64,000 nucleotides of DNA, taken from a virus. Taxonomy: Duplodnaviria > Caudoviricetes. Under the pieces are notes generated by a model. That model made no database searches. It was given only the letters and a program-made list of their open reading frames with translations, and was not told where the DNA came from. Shown piece after piece: positions 36,982 to 46,897 of this stretch (positions within the stretch are counted from its first letter, which is position 1; each line of letters starts with the position of its first letter). The stretch covers positions 16,556-80,555 of IMG/VR virus record IMGVR_UViG_3300028482_000001. One strand, written 5' to 3'. A program made the position numbers and the translations under genes.

Positions 36982-39375
36982 TTGAAAATGGTATTCTTAA
37001 TTAAAAAATCAGTAGCAAAAGAAATTTTAAAATCGTTAGGTAAAAACAAGTTAGAAGAATTAAAACGAGAAGTAATTGAAATATTGAAAAAACAAGACGA
37101 GAAAGAATATAAGAAAGCATTAAGTCATTTTGAAAATGAAGAAAAGAATATGTCTTATTTAGAAAAATCAATTTCTGGTGAATGGATTGAAAAAGCAGGT
37201 TATGGAATTGGTACAGTTCGTGTTTGGAAGGGTAAAAAATACAAAAAGATTGCTCCTGGAAAATGGGCTAGAATGTATGAAAAAGAAGGCAGAGGAACAA
37301 ACATTGCTGTTGGTAAATTAATTGCAAAAGTAAAAAAGATTGATGATGTAGAAGAATTGATGAGATTTGTATTGGAACACAAACAAAGATTTGAAGATAC
37401 AAATGTATTAGATAAGATTAGAGCAGCTGTAGATGAACAGAATGAAAAATTAAGTAGTGGACCTGTTGAAAGTAAGGGTAAACCAAATAAATACGACAAA
37501 GCTACAATTCAGAAAATGGGTAGCAAATACTATGTTTATACAGAAGAAGGTGGTCGTGAAGTAGAAAAATTTAATACAAAAAAGGAAGTTGAGGATTATA
37601 TAAAAAGGCAAAGACTAATTCAGAACGAAAAAAATTTAAAAGGTGAAGATGGCTATTCAAAATTACTAGATAAATTAAATGAATCAACTGAAAAGAAAGA
37701 ATATGAATATTATAAACACAATCTTTCTGAAAAAGATAATCCGTATGAAATGACAGAAACAGAAAAAAAAGATGCAATGAAAAATCCAAAAACAAAACTT
37801 TTACAATTAGCTGATGTTGTAAGAAATACAGAAGAAGGAACTGATGAATATTACACTGCATTAAGTGTTTTTCAAAATGCTAGAGAAGAATTTATAGAAA
37901 ATCAGGGAATGGCTAAATATAAAGAAATTATGCCTGATTATCCAAAAGGAAAAAGTAAAAAGCAAGATGAAAAATATACAGATAATGCTAAATTTGTAAA
38001 AGAAGTAAAAGGTGATGTATGGGAAGAATGGAACACAGATCCAAATAAATTCGCTGTAATTTATGATAAAAATACAGGTAAACCGAAAGGTTTGAGAATG
38101 ACACAAGACATTGTTGATATTATAAATTCTGTTGTAGAGCCAAGTGTTTTAGATTGGCAAGACAATGTTGCGGAAAAAGTTCATGAAAAATATCCTGAAA
38201 TAAAAGAAAGTTATATAAAAGAAAATATTAAACAAATAAGAATGGGATATAGAAATGGATCACAAGAAAAAATACAAATCCTAAATAAAGAATCCGAAAC
38301 AGAAAAACAAAAAAATAATTTTTCACTAGATGATATAAAATCAAAGAAAACAATTAAAACAGTGGAAGAATTCGAAGATGTAATAAGACAGTTAGCCGCA
38401 GAGAAAAATCAAGATAACGCAGAAAGTAAATTTATAGATTTTTTGGCATATAACTTAGAAGGTGGAATGGCAGGCAGTTTGTACGATAAGATTTTTGAAA
38501 AATACGGAGATACTGGTTATTCTACACTGAAAAAACAAGTTAAAGGTCAAAAAATTTCTGAAAGAGAAAAAAACATTGGATATGCTGATGAATATGCAAA
38601 TAAAGAAGAAGAAAGTAAAAATAAAGAAAATAGTAAAAACATACAGAATCAAATGACACCTAAACAACAAAAGACTTTTGATGATTTTGAAAAGAAAGCA
38701 ATAAAGAATGCTGGTACTACAGAAAGAGGAAAACTTTTTGCAAAACATAACTATAACATAGATGGAGAAGATTGGACTATTACAACAGATGGAAGGGTGA
38801 TGTTGTGTAGTAGAGAAAAATTTGAAGAACCTACTAAAACAGATAAAATCACTAATATGGATAAAGTATTTGTAATAAACGGTCAGAAAGAAAGTGATAT
38901 ACCAGATGGTATTGATGCAATTATTAAAGCAGCTCCTAAAAAGGTCGTAGTTGGAAAAGATTATAAGGGTAAAGATGAAAAGAAAAATGCTATTGTGAAA
39001 ATTGGGGATAGATATTTTTCTGTAGAACACCTAAAAACAATACAAAATTTTTTAGGTCCATTAAGTAATGTAAAGATGCAAGTTATTCCTGGAGATAACG
39101 AAAGCAGAGTGAAATTTGAAAGTGATAATAAAGCTGTTATCTTACTACCAATAAAAGATGGTGCTGAATTAGAAAATCGTATTATCAATACAAAAGATAT
39201 AAAAAAATCTTTAGAAGATATTATTATGTTCTGTAATGATTTTGAAGATGAAGATGAAGTTATTGAAGAAATCAATAACGAATCATTATTTTCAGATTAT
39301 TCAGCAGAAAACCCATCTGAATTTAATTCGATTAAATACAAAGTGGCTAATGCTTTTGAAGAGTGTGGGTATTAA
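36982..39375 (+). CDS. Putative head-cargo polyvalent protein
   Basis: 'FLIKKS..ILKS..IEKAG..KKYKKIAPGKW' N-terminus; C-terminal 'IKKSL' plus acidic tail. Confidence 0.6.
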   Translation: MKMVFLIKKSVAKEILKSLGKNKLEELKREVIEILKKQDEKEYKKALSHFENEEKNMSYLEKSISGEWIEKAGYGIGTVRVWKGKKYKKIAPGKWARMYEKEGRGTNIAVGKLIAKVKKIDDVEELMRFVLEHKQRFEDTNVLDKIRAAVDEQNEKLSSGPVESKGKPNKYDKATIQKMGSKYYVYTEEGGREVEKFNTKKEVEDYIKRQRLIQNEKNLKGEDGYSKLLDKLNESTEKKEYEYYKHNLSEKDNPYEMTETEKKDAMKNPKTKLLQLADVVRNTEEGTDEYYTALSVFQNAREEFIENQGMAKYKEIMPDYPKGKSKKQDEKYTDNAKFVKEVKGDVWEEWNTDPNKFAVIYDKNTGKPKGLRMTQDIVDIINSVVEPSVLDWQDNVAEKVHEKYPEIKESYIKENIKQIRMGYRNGSQEKIQILNKESETEKQKNNFSLDDIKSKKTIKTVEEFEDVIRQLAAEKNQDNAESKFIDFLAYNLEGGMAGSLYDKIFEKYGDTGYSTLKKQVKGQKISEREKNIGYADEYANKEEESKNKENSKNIQNQMTPKQQKTFDDFEKKAIKNAGTTERGKLFAKHNYNIDGEDWTITTDGRVMLCSREKFEEPTKTDKITNMDKVFVINGQKESDIPDGIDAIIKAAPKKVVVGKDYKGKDEKKNAIVKIGDRYFSVEHLKTIQNFLGPLSNVKMQVIPGDNESRVKFESDNKAVILLPIKDGAELENRIINTKDIKKSLEDIIMFCNDFEDEDEVIEEINNESLFSDYSAENPSEFNSIKYKVANAFEECGY

Positions 39376-39386
39376 TCAGAGGGAAT

Positions 39387-40838
39387 ATGATGAAATTTAT
39401 TATTTATAAAGGGAAATTATATTGCACTAAAGATGTCTTTGATTTTGTAAAAAGCATCAATGTGGATAATAAAAAACTAGAATATTTCAAAAAAGAACTT
39501 TTGAAAATATTAGACAAACAAGAAAGTGTTTCAAAATCATTTTCAGATATGTTTGATTTTATTGAAAAGGGAAGATTAGCAAATATAGGTGAAGTTAGAA
39601 CTTGGAATGGTGTAAAATATAAAAAGATTGCTCCAGGAAAATGGAGAAGAATATATGAAACTGATTCAAGAGGTGCAAAACAATCTATAGCAATTATTAA
39701 GAAAAAAATCTTAAATGTAAAAAGCACTGATGAATTGTTAGAGTTAATAATGCAAAATATGAATAGATTTACAGGCACAGATGGAAAGTTATTACCGATT
39801 GTTGAAGAATTAAAAAATGCTGTGAATGAAAGCAAATCTAAACTTAATACAAGCAAAACTACTTTTAATAATATTTCTGATATTTCTAAAGAGAGAGAAA
39901 ATCTTATTACAAGTATTATAAAGTTCCCAAACCAAGGTGTACTAAAAGGAAACAATAAATCTATACAAAATTATTTTAAATTATTTATTGGAGATAAACT
40001 AGTTCAAAAAGAATATAAAACTGTATTACGAAAAATACTAAACAAAGATGTTACGACAGAAAATGTTATTGAAAGGGTTTCAGAATTTTTAATATCAAAA
40101 GGGATTCCTAATAAAAAGGTAGTAAATGCGGCAAACTATATTGAAAAAAGGATTGATTTATTTAAAAATTATCACAAAGAATATAATAAAAGAGATACTT
40201 CTAAAAACATATTAAATAAAGCAAGAAACTTTGATGATTATGAAAATATAGTTAATAAATATGGTATTGAAGTTTCTGACGACTTAAAAAAAAGAGCAAT
40301 GTTTGAAGATACGAAAAAATGTTCTATTGGGTTACTTGAATTTCTCGATGAGTTTCCTTTAGTTCAAAAATTAATCCCAAGAATTGGGATTACGAGAGAT
40401 AACTGTATAATGTGTGTTCAATTTATTAATGAAAAACCAATAGAAATCAGTTTTGGATCTAAGTTTATAAGTGAAGACGGAACAAAAAAAGAGGAAGATA
40501 AGAATATATATTTTCATGCAGGGGATGAACAATTAAATGCAGAATCATTTGGGTATCATGAAGGTGCTCATGTTTTAGCAGCATTATTAAAAAATAATGG
40601 AATGTATTCTGATGTAGAAATTTGTAAAAAAGCATACGAACAAATACGACAAACTCAATTAAATGGTATATCTTATGAAGATGCAAAACTTACTATTTCT
40701 GATTATGCAGAAGAAACTGATAATGAACTATTTGCAGAAGCCTTTGCTGATGTATATCAATATGGAGAAAACGCAAGCCCATTTAGTAAAAAGATTGTAC
40801 AACTTGCAAAAATGGAATATAATGCAATTAAGAGGTAA
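39387..40838 (+). CDS. Putative head-cargo protein with C-terminal zincin metallopeptidase
   Basis: N-terminus paralogous to 36982 ('KYKKIAPGKW'); 'YHEGAH..ISDYA..NELFAEAF'. Confidence 0.7.
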   Translation: MMKFIIYKGKLYCTKDVFDFVKSINVDNKKLEYFKKELLKILDKQESVSKSFSDMFDFIEKGRLANIGEVRTWNGVKYKKIAPGKWRRIYETDSRGAKQSIAIIKKKILNVKSTDELLELIMQNMNRFTGTDGKLLPIVEELKNAVNESKSKLNTSKTTFNNISDISKERENLITSIIKFPNQGVLKGNNKSIQNYFKLFIGDKLVQKEYKTVLRKILNKDVTTENVIERVSEFLISKGIPNKKVVNAANYIEKRIDLFKNYHKEYNKRDTSKNILNKARNFDDYENIVNKYGIEVSDDLKKRAMFEDTKKCSIGLLEFLDEFPLVQKLIPRIGITRDNCIMCVQFINEKPIEISFGSKFISEDGTKKEEDKNIYFHAGDEQLNAESFGYHEGAHVLAALLKNNGMYSDVEICKKAYEQIRQTQLNGISYEDAKLTISDYAEETDNELFAEAFADVYQYGENASPFSKKIVQLAKMEYNAIKR

Positions 40839-40842
40839 AAGA

Positions 40843-41013
40843 ATGATAACAAGAAATCCAGGCGATTATGAAATAATGTTTCCTTGGCGAAAATATTTAA
40901 TTGATCCAAGTAAAGATGAAACATTAGAAAATTTAAAAGAAAATACACCTAAAGAGGTTGTTAAAGCGTTAAAAGCATATCTAAAAAAATATGGGGATAT
41001 AAGAATAAGATAG
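40843..41013 (+). CDS. Small protein downstream of peptidase (possible immunity factor)
   Basis: 56 aa, RBS gagg, 'LKENTPKEVVKALKAY'. Confidence 0.55.
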   Translation: MITRNPGDYEIMFPWRKYLIDPSKDETLENLKENTPKEVVKALKAYLKKYGDIRIR

Positions 41014-41067
41014 AATTTTTTATAAGAAGCGAGAAATTAATAGATATGTGATAGTTTTTTATTAAAT

Positions 41068-41134
41068 AATGTGTCTAGTGAAGGCAGTTATCAACATCAT
41101 AAAAGCAAACGATTGTTGATAATTGCCTTTTTTT
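41068..41134 (+). promoter_or_regulatory. Late leader motif copy D
   Basis: aatgtgtc-aaggcagttatcaaca..tgttgataattgcc + T7. Confidence 0.7.
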
Positions 41135-41153
41135 ATGTTTAGGAGGTATAATT

Positions 41154-41699
41154 ATGGTCAAGTTTTTAATCAGGAAAGATGTATATGACGAATTGATTGA
41201 AAAAGGTTATGGGAAAAAGGATTATGGAAAGTTGCAAAAAGTTCAAAGACCTGATAAAAATGGGGTAATGAGAACTATTTATGTTAATCCTAGTGAAGAA
41301 ATTGAAAATGAAAAACAAAAGGGTAAACAAGAAGTAGAAGTAAAAGAAAAAACAAGTAAATTGAAAGTTCCTGATGAAACTTCGTCTTTTGCAACTGATG
41401 TTAATAGAATGGTGAAATTGAAAAAAGAAAATTATAGAGAATTTACTATACAACTAGAGAAACTTCATTCTAAATATACAATATCAAAATGGAAAGATTT
41501 GTATAATAAAATTCAAGAGAAGGAATATGCCAAAAATACAAAAAGTAAAGATTTTAATGTTGGACAAGAGATAAACTTTTCAAGTCAAGGTAGAGAAGGT
41601 TTGAATGGAAAAATAACAGCTATAGGAGTGCTAGGGGTTACAGTTAAAGGTGCAAATGGGAAAATATATACAGTAAATTACGATGAAATAAAGAAATAA
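41154..41699 (+). CDS. Putative head-cargo protein with C-terminal KOW/SH3-like domain
   Basis: 'KFLIRK..LIEKG' N-terminus; 'FNVGQEINF..LNGKITAIG..VTVK'. Confidence 0.55.
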   Translation: MVKFLIRKDVYDELIEKGYGKKDYGKLQKVQRPDKNGVMRTIYVNPSEEIENEKQKGKQEVEVKEKTSKLKVPDETSSFATDVNRMVKLKKENYREFTIQLEKLHSKYTISKWKDLYNKIQEKEYAKNTKSKDFNVGQEINFSSQGREGLNGKITAIGVLGVTVKGANGKIYTVNYDEIKK

Positions 41700-41716
41700 A
41701 ATTACAATAATTATTG

Positions 41717-41810
41717 TTGACAAAAAAAATATTATGTAATAAAATTAGTTTATAGTGTTGATGTGCTAAAAGGCAGTCATGACATTTAGTCGTGGCTGCC
41801 TTTTTTGTTT
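41717..41810 (+). promoter_or_regulatory. Late leader motif copy E
   Basis: TTGACA-17-TAAAAT; gatgtgct-aaggcagtcatga..tcgtggctgcc + T6 (near-identical to copy B). Confidence 0.85.
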
Positions 41811-41836
41811 TTTAAATCTTTTTTTGGTGCTAAAAA

Positions 41837-43279
41837 ATGGAAGAAGAAATTTTAATTTGTGAAAATATTTGTAAATCTATTAAAGGCGAAGAAGATAGTA
41901 ATGGTAATTATATTTTTGAGGTAGAGGCTAGTAACGAAAACCTGGATTTACAAAATCAAATTACATTACAAAGTGCCTTACTAAAATCGAAAGAGTATTT
42001 TTTAAGTAATGGTGTGATTTCTGATGACCACTTGCATAAAACAAGGAATCCAGATGGTTCTGTAGAAACACATAAAGATAAAATTATAGGCGAACCTATT
42101 TCAATTCGTACAGATGGGAAGTCAACTTTTGTAAAAGGAATTTTGTATAAAGGTGTAGAAGCTGCAAAAGATTATATTAAACTCCTTAAAAATAAATCTA
42201 CAAGAGTTAAAGCTTCTATTGGTGGAATAATGCCAAAAATCAGAAAAAATGCAGATGGAAGTGAAACTGTAACAGAATTTATGTGGAATGACCTAGCATT
42301 AACTTGTAGTCCTGTTAATTGGACTGTAGGAAGTGCTAAATTCGCTAAAAGTATTGGACTGGTTGATTTTTGTAAATCTCTAAATGCAGGAAGTGGAACA
42401 GATTCACTAACAATGGAAAGTGGCAGAACTTTGCAGAATGAAGATTTAGAAGATGAAACCGTAAAACTTCTTGATATTTCTGATGGGAACTTTGCAGATA
42501 TTGATGAAGAAGATGAACTAAAAAAGAAAAACGAAGAAATATCAATAAAAGAATGTGTAAAAGCCTTTATGGATGGAGAAATTAAAAAAACTGACATTCC
42601 GGTTTTTTTAATAAATAGAGGGATTAAAAAATCTGACGCAGAATATATTTCTGCTGAAATAATTAAACAGGGAGGGATAAAAATGGCTAAAAGTCAGTTT
42701 AAATCCGAATTGGATGAATTACTAAAATCTTTTGGAAAAGATGAAAACAAAAACCCAAAAGAAAAGGATGATGATATGGGGAAGGATGATGATTTAAACC
42801 TTGATAACATATCAGACAATGATAATGACGATAATGACGATGATAACGATGTTAAAAAGTGTGGCGTAAAAAAATCATCTGATTATCTTGATGCAACAGA
42901 AATTATGAAGTCTGTATGTGTTACAACAGATGAATTAAAAGAAGAAAATGCAATGTTGAAATCAGAATTAAGAGAAACAAAAGAGGCTTTGTTAGAAGTA
43001 ACAAAATCTTTAAAAGAATTTCTTAATTTGCCTGAAAAGAGAAACACTGTAACAACTATGAACAAGTCTATTTCAGAAAATAATACAGTTTCTCAAATGC
43101 CAACTATGGCAGATTTTGAAGTGTTAAAATCTGCTCTTGTAAAAGCTGCAAAATCAGGTGAAATTGGAATTAATGAAGTTCAATTTTATAATTCAGAATT
43201 CCAAAAGTCAATGAAAGGTAAAAAACTAGATCCAAAAGTTTGGAACAAAATTTGCACAATTGTAAAAAACAATAGATAG
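41837..43279 (+). CDS. Prohead protease with C-terminal scaffold region
   Basis: 'IFEVEASNENLDLQNQ..DDH..IIGEP..SIGG..LALT..PVN'; acidic/coiled-coil C-terminus; directly upstream of capsid. Confidence 0.85.
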   Translation: MEEEILICENICKSIKGEEDSNGNYIFEVEASNENLDLQNQITLQSALLKSKEYFLSNGVISDDHLHKTRNPDGSVETHKDKIIGEPISIRTDGKSTFVKGILYKGVEAAKDYIKLLKNKSTRVKASIGGIMPKIRKNADGSETVTEFMWNDLALTCSPVNWTVGSAKFAKSIGLVDFCKSLNAGSGTDSLTMESGRTLQNEDLEDETVKLLDISDGNFADIDEEDELKKKNEEISIKECVKAFMDGEIKKTDIPVFLINRGIKKSDAEYISAEIIKQGGIKMAKSQFKSELDELLKSFGKDENKNPKEKDDDMGKDDDLNLDNISDNDNDDNDDDNDVKKCGVKKSSDYLDATEIMKSVCVTTDELKEENAMLKSELRETKEALLEVTKSLKEFLNLPEKRNTVTTMNKSISENNTVSQMPTMADFEVLKSALVKAAKSGEIGINEVQFYNSEFQKSMKGKKLDPKVWNKICTIVKNNR

Positions 43280-43289
43280 GAGGAAAAAA

Positions 43290-44726
43290 ATGGATATTTT
43301 TGATAATGAATATTCTGTAGATTCACAAAATCTTGAATTAGAAAAAGCATTAGAAGCTGGATATGGAACGGATGCTGCAACTTTTGAACAAGGCCGAGCA
43401 CTTCAAAGAGAAGATCTTGAAGCTACATTGGTATCTGTATTAGATGTTCAGCAAGAAGATTGTAAAGTATTTCACAAATTACATAAACAGCCTGTAAGTT
43501 CAACAGTTCATCAGGTAAATCAACAAACTGGTGTAGGTGATGATGAATTTTTGTTTATTGGAGAAGGTGAGCAAGCTTCTGAAGGCGATCCAAATTTTGT
43601 TCGTAAGACTTATGAAACAAAATACACATCAAGTAAATGGCAAGTTTCACATCCTTTAAGCCTTACAAACAATGCAGAAAATCCAATCAACGCATCGAAA
43701 GTTGCAGCAGTTCTTCGTGTAACAAAAGGAACTGAAAGAGCTATTTTCCATGGGGATAGTTCGGTTAATCCAAAACAATACGATGGTTTCTTAAAAATTA
43801 TTGAAGATTCTGCAAAAACTGTTGTAGATGCAGATAAGAAACATTTGTGTGCTACTGTTACTGATATTCGTGGATTAGAAATTGGTGAAAAAAATAATAC
43901 AATTAATGCAGGGGAAGATCTTTTCGATAACTTGGCAGAAACAGTCGCATCTAAAGGCGGAGCTTTGAAAGAAGCTTATTTCCCATTAATTCTTTCTAGT
44001 CAATTTAAGAAATTGTACTCTGACAGATTACGTTTCACAACAAAAGATACTCAATTTGCAATGGACAAACTTCCTGACATTATAACTGCAACTAATGATA
44101 CAATTAAAATTACTGATGATTGTGGTGCAGATAAAATGTTTAAGGTGAAAGGTGAAATTGTGGCTTGTGGTGATTCTGCTAAACGACCTAATACTCCAAC
44201 AGAAGTTACTGCAACTCCGTCAGAATCATCTGATTCACAGTTCACTGATGGATTTGATGGAAATTACACATATGCAGTTCACGCTATTAACTCTTATGGA
44301 ATTTCAGCAGGCAAGGTTATTTCATCACCTGTTGCTGTTGCAAAGGGTGAAAAAGTAACTTTAACAATTACAGCTGATACAAATGGTGCTGCGGCAACAG
44401 GTTATATTATTACTCGTTCTAATGCAAACGGAACAAAATTAATGGAAATGAAACGAATTGCGAAAACCGGTGCACAAACAACATTCGTTGATAACAACGA
44501 AGATTTGCCAGGTACTGCATCAGTAGTTTTGGTTACACCAACAACAGAAACACTTGCTCCAAATGTTAGTTTCGGACAGTTGATGGGAATTTCTAACTTT
44601 GATCTTCCTACAGATTCAAGTTTAGCTCATCGTGGTGTAGTTGCATTGTATGGTATGCTTGAAGTTCGTGCTCCAAATCAATGTGCATTAATTAAAAATG
44701 TAGGTTACAGAGGCGGCCTTTACTAA
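43290..44726 (+). CDS. Major capsid protein (SPO1/Twort-like)
   Basis: 'LEKALEAGYG..GRALQREDLE' resembles the Herelleviridae 'KSF.TGYG..GALRRE.L'; C-terminal 'ALYG.LEVRAP'. Confidence 0.9.
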   Translation: MDIFDNEYSVDSQNLELEKALEAGYGTDAATFEQGRALQREDLEATLVSVLDVQQEDCKVFHKLHKQPVSSTVHQVNQQTGVGDDEFLFIGEGEQASEGDPNFVRKTYETKYTSSKWQVSHPLSLTNNAENPINASKVAAVLRVTKGTERAIFHGDSSVNPKQYDGFLKIIEDSAKTVVDADKKHLCATVTDIRGLEIGEKNNTINAGEDLFDNLAETVASKGGALKEAYFPLILSSQFKKLYSDRLRFTTKDTQFAMDKLPDIITATNDTIKITDDCGADKMFKVKGEIVACGDSAKRPNTPTEVTATPSESSDSQFTDGFDGNYTYAVHAINSYGISAGKVISSPVAVAKGEKVTLTITADTNGAAATGYIITRSNANGTKLMEMKRIAKTGAQTTFVDNNEDLPGTASVVLVTPTTETLAPNVSFGQLMGISNFDLPTDSSLAHRGVVALYGMLEVRAPNQCALIKNVGYRGGLY

Positions 44727-44750
44727 CTTAAAAATAGGAGATGTAGATAG

Positions 44751-45038
44751 ATGGCTAGAGTAATTGATTCTGCACCTCCTACTAGTGATGTAGGGGATGT
44801 AAACAATGAAACAAAAGATGTTAAATTGGATATAAAAACAGATACAAAGGTTGAAGAAAAAAATGAAAAAAACTTTTCTACAGGGAAAGTAAAAATAAAA
44901 TGCGAAACTTTGATTAATAAATCTGTTGTTTCAACTGTTGGCACTATCACTTTTAATGAAAAGGGGATTGCAGAAGTTGATGAAAATATTGCAAAAAAAC
45001 TTTTGTCTATTTCAGGCTATGAACTAGTTAAAAAATGA
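44751..45038 (+). CDS. Hypothetical virion protein
   Basis: Position after capsid; 'GTITFNEKGIAEV'. Confidence 0.6.
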   Translation: MARVIDSAPPTSDVGDVNNETKDVKLDIKTDTKVEEKNEKNFSTGKVKIKCETLINKSVVSTVGTITFNEKGIAEVDENIAKKLLSISGYELVKK

Positions 45039-45048
45039 TGAGGTAAAA

Positions 45049-46182
45049 ATGTCAATTTCCGTTGAAAGTACAAAAAGCAAAATTTTAGTTACTATAAAAG
45101 GGGAAGGGTCTTACATGTTACAAAGAGCATTGTATGATAAAGGGGCTAAGTGGCTTTCTTTGACTTCCAACGGATTTGTAGACACAACAGAACAATTAGC
45201 AGAATTTCTTTTTTTACAAGAAGGCGATTTTGTTGATTCTTTTGATTTAAAGGATGGAATTTACGAGTACAGAATTGTTTCATCTTTAATACAAAATCCT
45301 ACTGATACAGATTATGAATATTCAGAATATGTAAAATTTGGTACTCCATCAGCTATAGGGTATACTTTTGGGAATTATTCTGTTCCAGAAGGAAGTTGGG
45401 GCAGTGTTGTTACTCCTGATGATTGTCGATTTACTTATTTGTGGGGTACAGACTTTAAAGCAACTAATGGACAATTTTTCGATGATGCTCAAATACAGTT
45501 TTTTATCAATGAAGCAACAAGATATATGGAAAGAATGTTAAATATTTCCATTATAAAAACAAGAATAAAAAGTCAAGCAGAAGATAGAAATTTAGTGAAA
45601 GGTGTTGATTATGATGAAGAAGAATCTCTTTATGATTTTTCACCTAGAAAAATTCAACGTTATGGAATGATTCAGACAAAACATAGACCTATTATTAATG
45701 TTGAAAAATTAGAATTAATTAACAGGACAGGTGATAAACAAGATTTATTAACTTCAACTGTAATTGACAGAAAAAAGGGAGTTTTAAAGTTTTTAAGTCG
45801 ACCATATAAACAGTCTGATACAACAATAGGAATTAATACAGCGTTAGGACGATATGGTAATGAAACTTTAAGAAATCATCTTTTTTATGCAATTGATTAT
45901 TCGGCAGGGTACGAAAACTCCGACAGTGTGCCATCTGATTTAAGGCAAATAATAGCTAAGGTTGCGGCAATTTCTTTATTAAATATTATTGGTGATGGTT
46001 TGATGAGTGGTTTTTCGAGTTCAAGTTTATCAATGGATGGAATTTCAGAATCCTTTAGTTCAACACAGTCGGCTACATCGGCATACTTTGGTGCAAGAAT
46101 TGCGGTATATCAAAAAGAAGTAGAAACTTATATAAAAGACAATAAATATCGGTTTGGGTTTTTGCCGATTGGGGCATTATAG
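45049..46182 (+). CDS. Head-tail adaptor/neck protein
   Basis: 'Y.AG..VPSDLRQII..SSSSLSMDGISES..YFGARI' adaptor pattern. Confidence 0.7.
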   Translation: MSISVESTKSKILVTIKGEGSYMLQRALYDKGAKWLSLTSNGFVDTTEQLAEFLFLQEGDFVDSFDLKDGIYEYRIVSSLIQNPTDTDYEYSEYVKFGTPSAIGYTFGNYSVPEGSWGSVVTPDDCRFTYLWGTDFKATNGQFFDDAQIQFFINEATRYMERMLNISIIKTRIKSQAEDRNLVKGVDYDEEESLYDFSPRKIQRYGMIQTKHRPIINVEKLELINRTGDKQDLLTSTVIDRKKGVLKFLSRPYKQSDTTIGINTALGRYGNETLRNHLFYAIDYSAGYENSDSVPSDLRQIIAKVAAISLLNIIGDGLMSGFSSSSLSMDGISESFSSTQSATSAYFGARIAVYQKEVETYIKDNKYRFGFLPIGAL

Positions 46183-46270
46183 AATGGTTTTTCCTAGTTT
46201 TTTGCCATTCGCATACAGTTTTCGGTCTGTTCAAAACCGATTTTTTTTATAACAAGGGAGGAGTAAAAAA

Positions 46271-46888
46271 ATGAAACCATATGATTTATTTAATAAGATA
46301 ATAAATTTCAAGTATAGAAAAACAGGAAAAGATTTAGATTGGGGAATCGAAGTTGATGATATTGAACAAAAGATAAGAGTTTTATTTAAAGGAAGTTGTT
46401 CAAAATTAGATTGGTTTTTTAATTTTCTTTTTATGATATTTCCTACTGTAATAGGCGGTTGTCCATATTGGTTTTCTGTTGGGTGGTGGGCTGCCTGGGA
46501 AAGTAGCAAAAAATTAATATTGCATTCGATTTTAAATTGTATGTATTATTGCCCTGATTATAAAGTCGAAGTTTGTGGTTATAGTTTTGGTGGAGCAATT
46601 GCTCAAATATGTGGAATTGAGATTTTTGAAGCAACAGGAATTAAACCTAATTTAGTTACATTTGGCAGTCCAAAACCATTATTTAGTTTTTTTACTAAAT
46701 TAAAAGCCAAAAGATGTTTTAACAATATTGAACAATATTCACATTGGAATGATATTGTAACTTGGTGCCCTCCTTTAATTGGGTATCATAATATTAAAAA
46801 TATTAGGATAGGAAAATTTGATTTAAAAGGTTTATTTAATCCTAAAAAATATCATCAAATTTATTCTAATGAATCTCTTTATAAGTAG
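46271..46888 (+). CDS. Class-3 lipase (alpha/beta hydrolase)
   Basis: 'VCGYSFGGAIA', 'VTFGSPK', 'NDIVTWCPP', 'YH'. Confidence 0.85.
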   Translation: MKPYDLFNKIINFKYRKTGKDLDWGIEVDDIEQKIRVLFKGSCSKLDWFFNFLFMIFPTVIGGCPYWFSVGWWAAWESSKKLILHSILNCMYYCPDYKVEVCGYSFGGAIAQICGIEIFEATGIKPNLVTFGSPKPLFSFFTKLKAKRCFNNIEQYSHWNDIVTWCPPLIGYHNIKNIRIGKFDLKGLFNPKKYHQIYSNESLYK

Positions 46889-46897
46889 AGGTAAAAA

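Noticed and set aside
41560-41699. KOW-like domain as the late antiterminator (NusG/LoaP-like)
   Set aside because: No NGN domain, the protein carries the head-cargo N-terminus and is itself behind a leader terminator; too speculative
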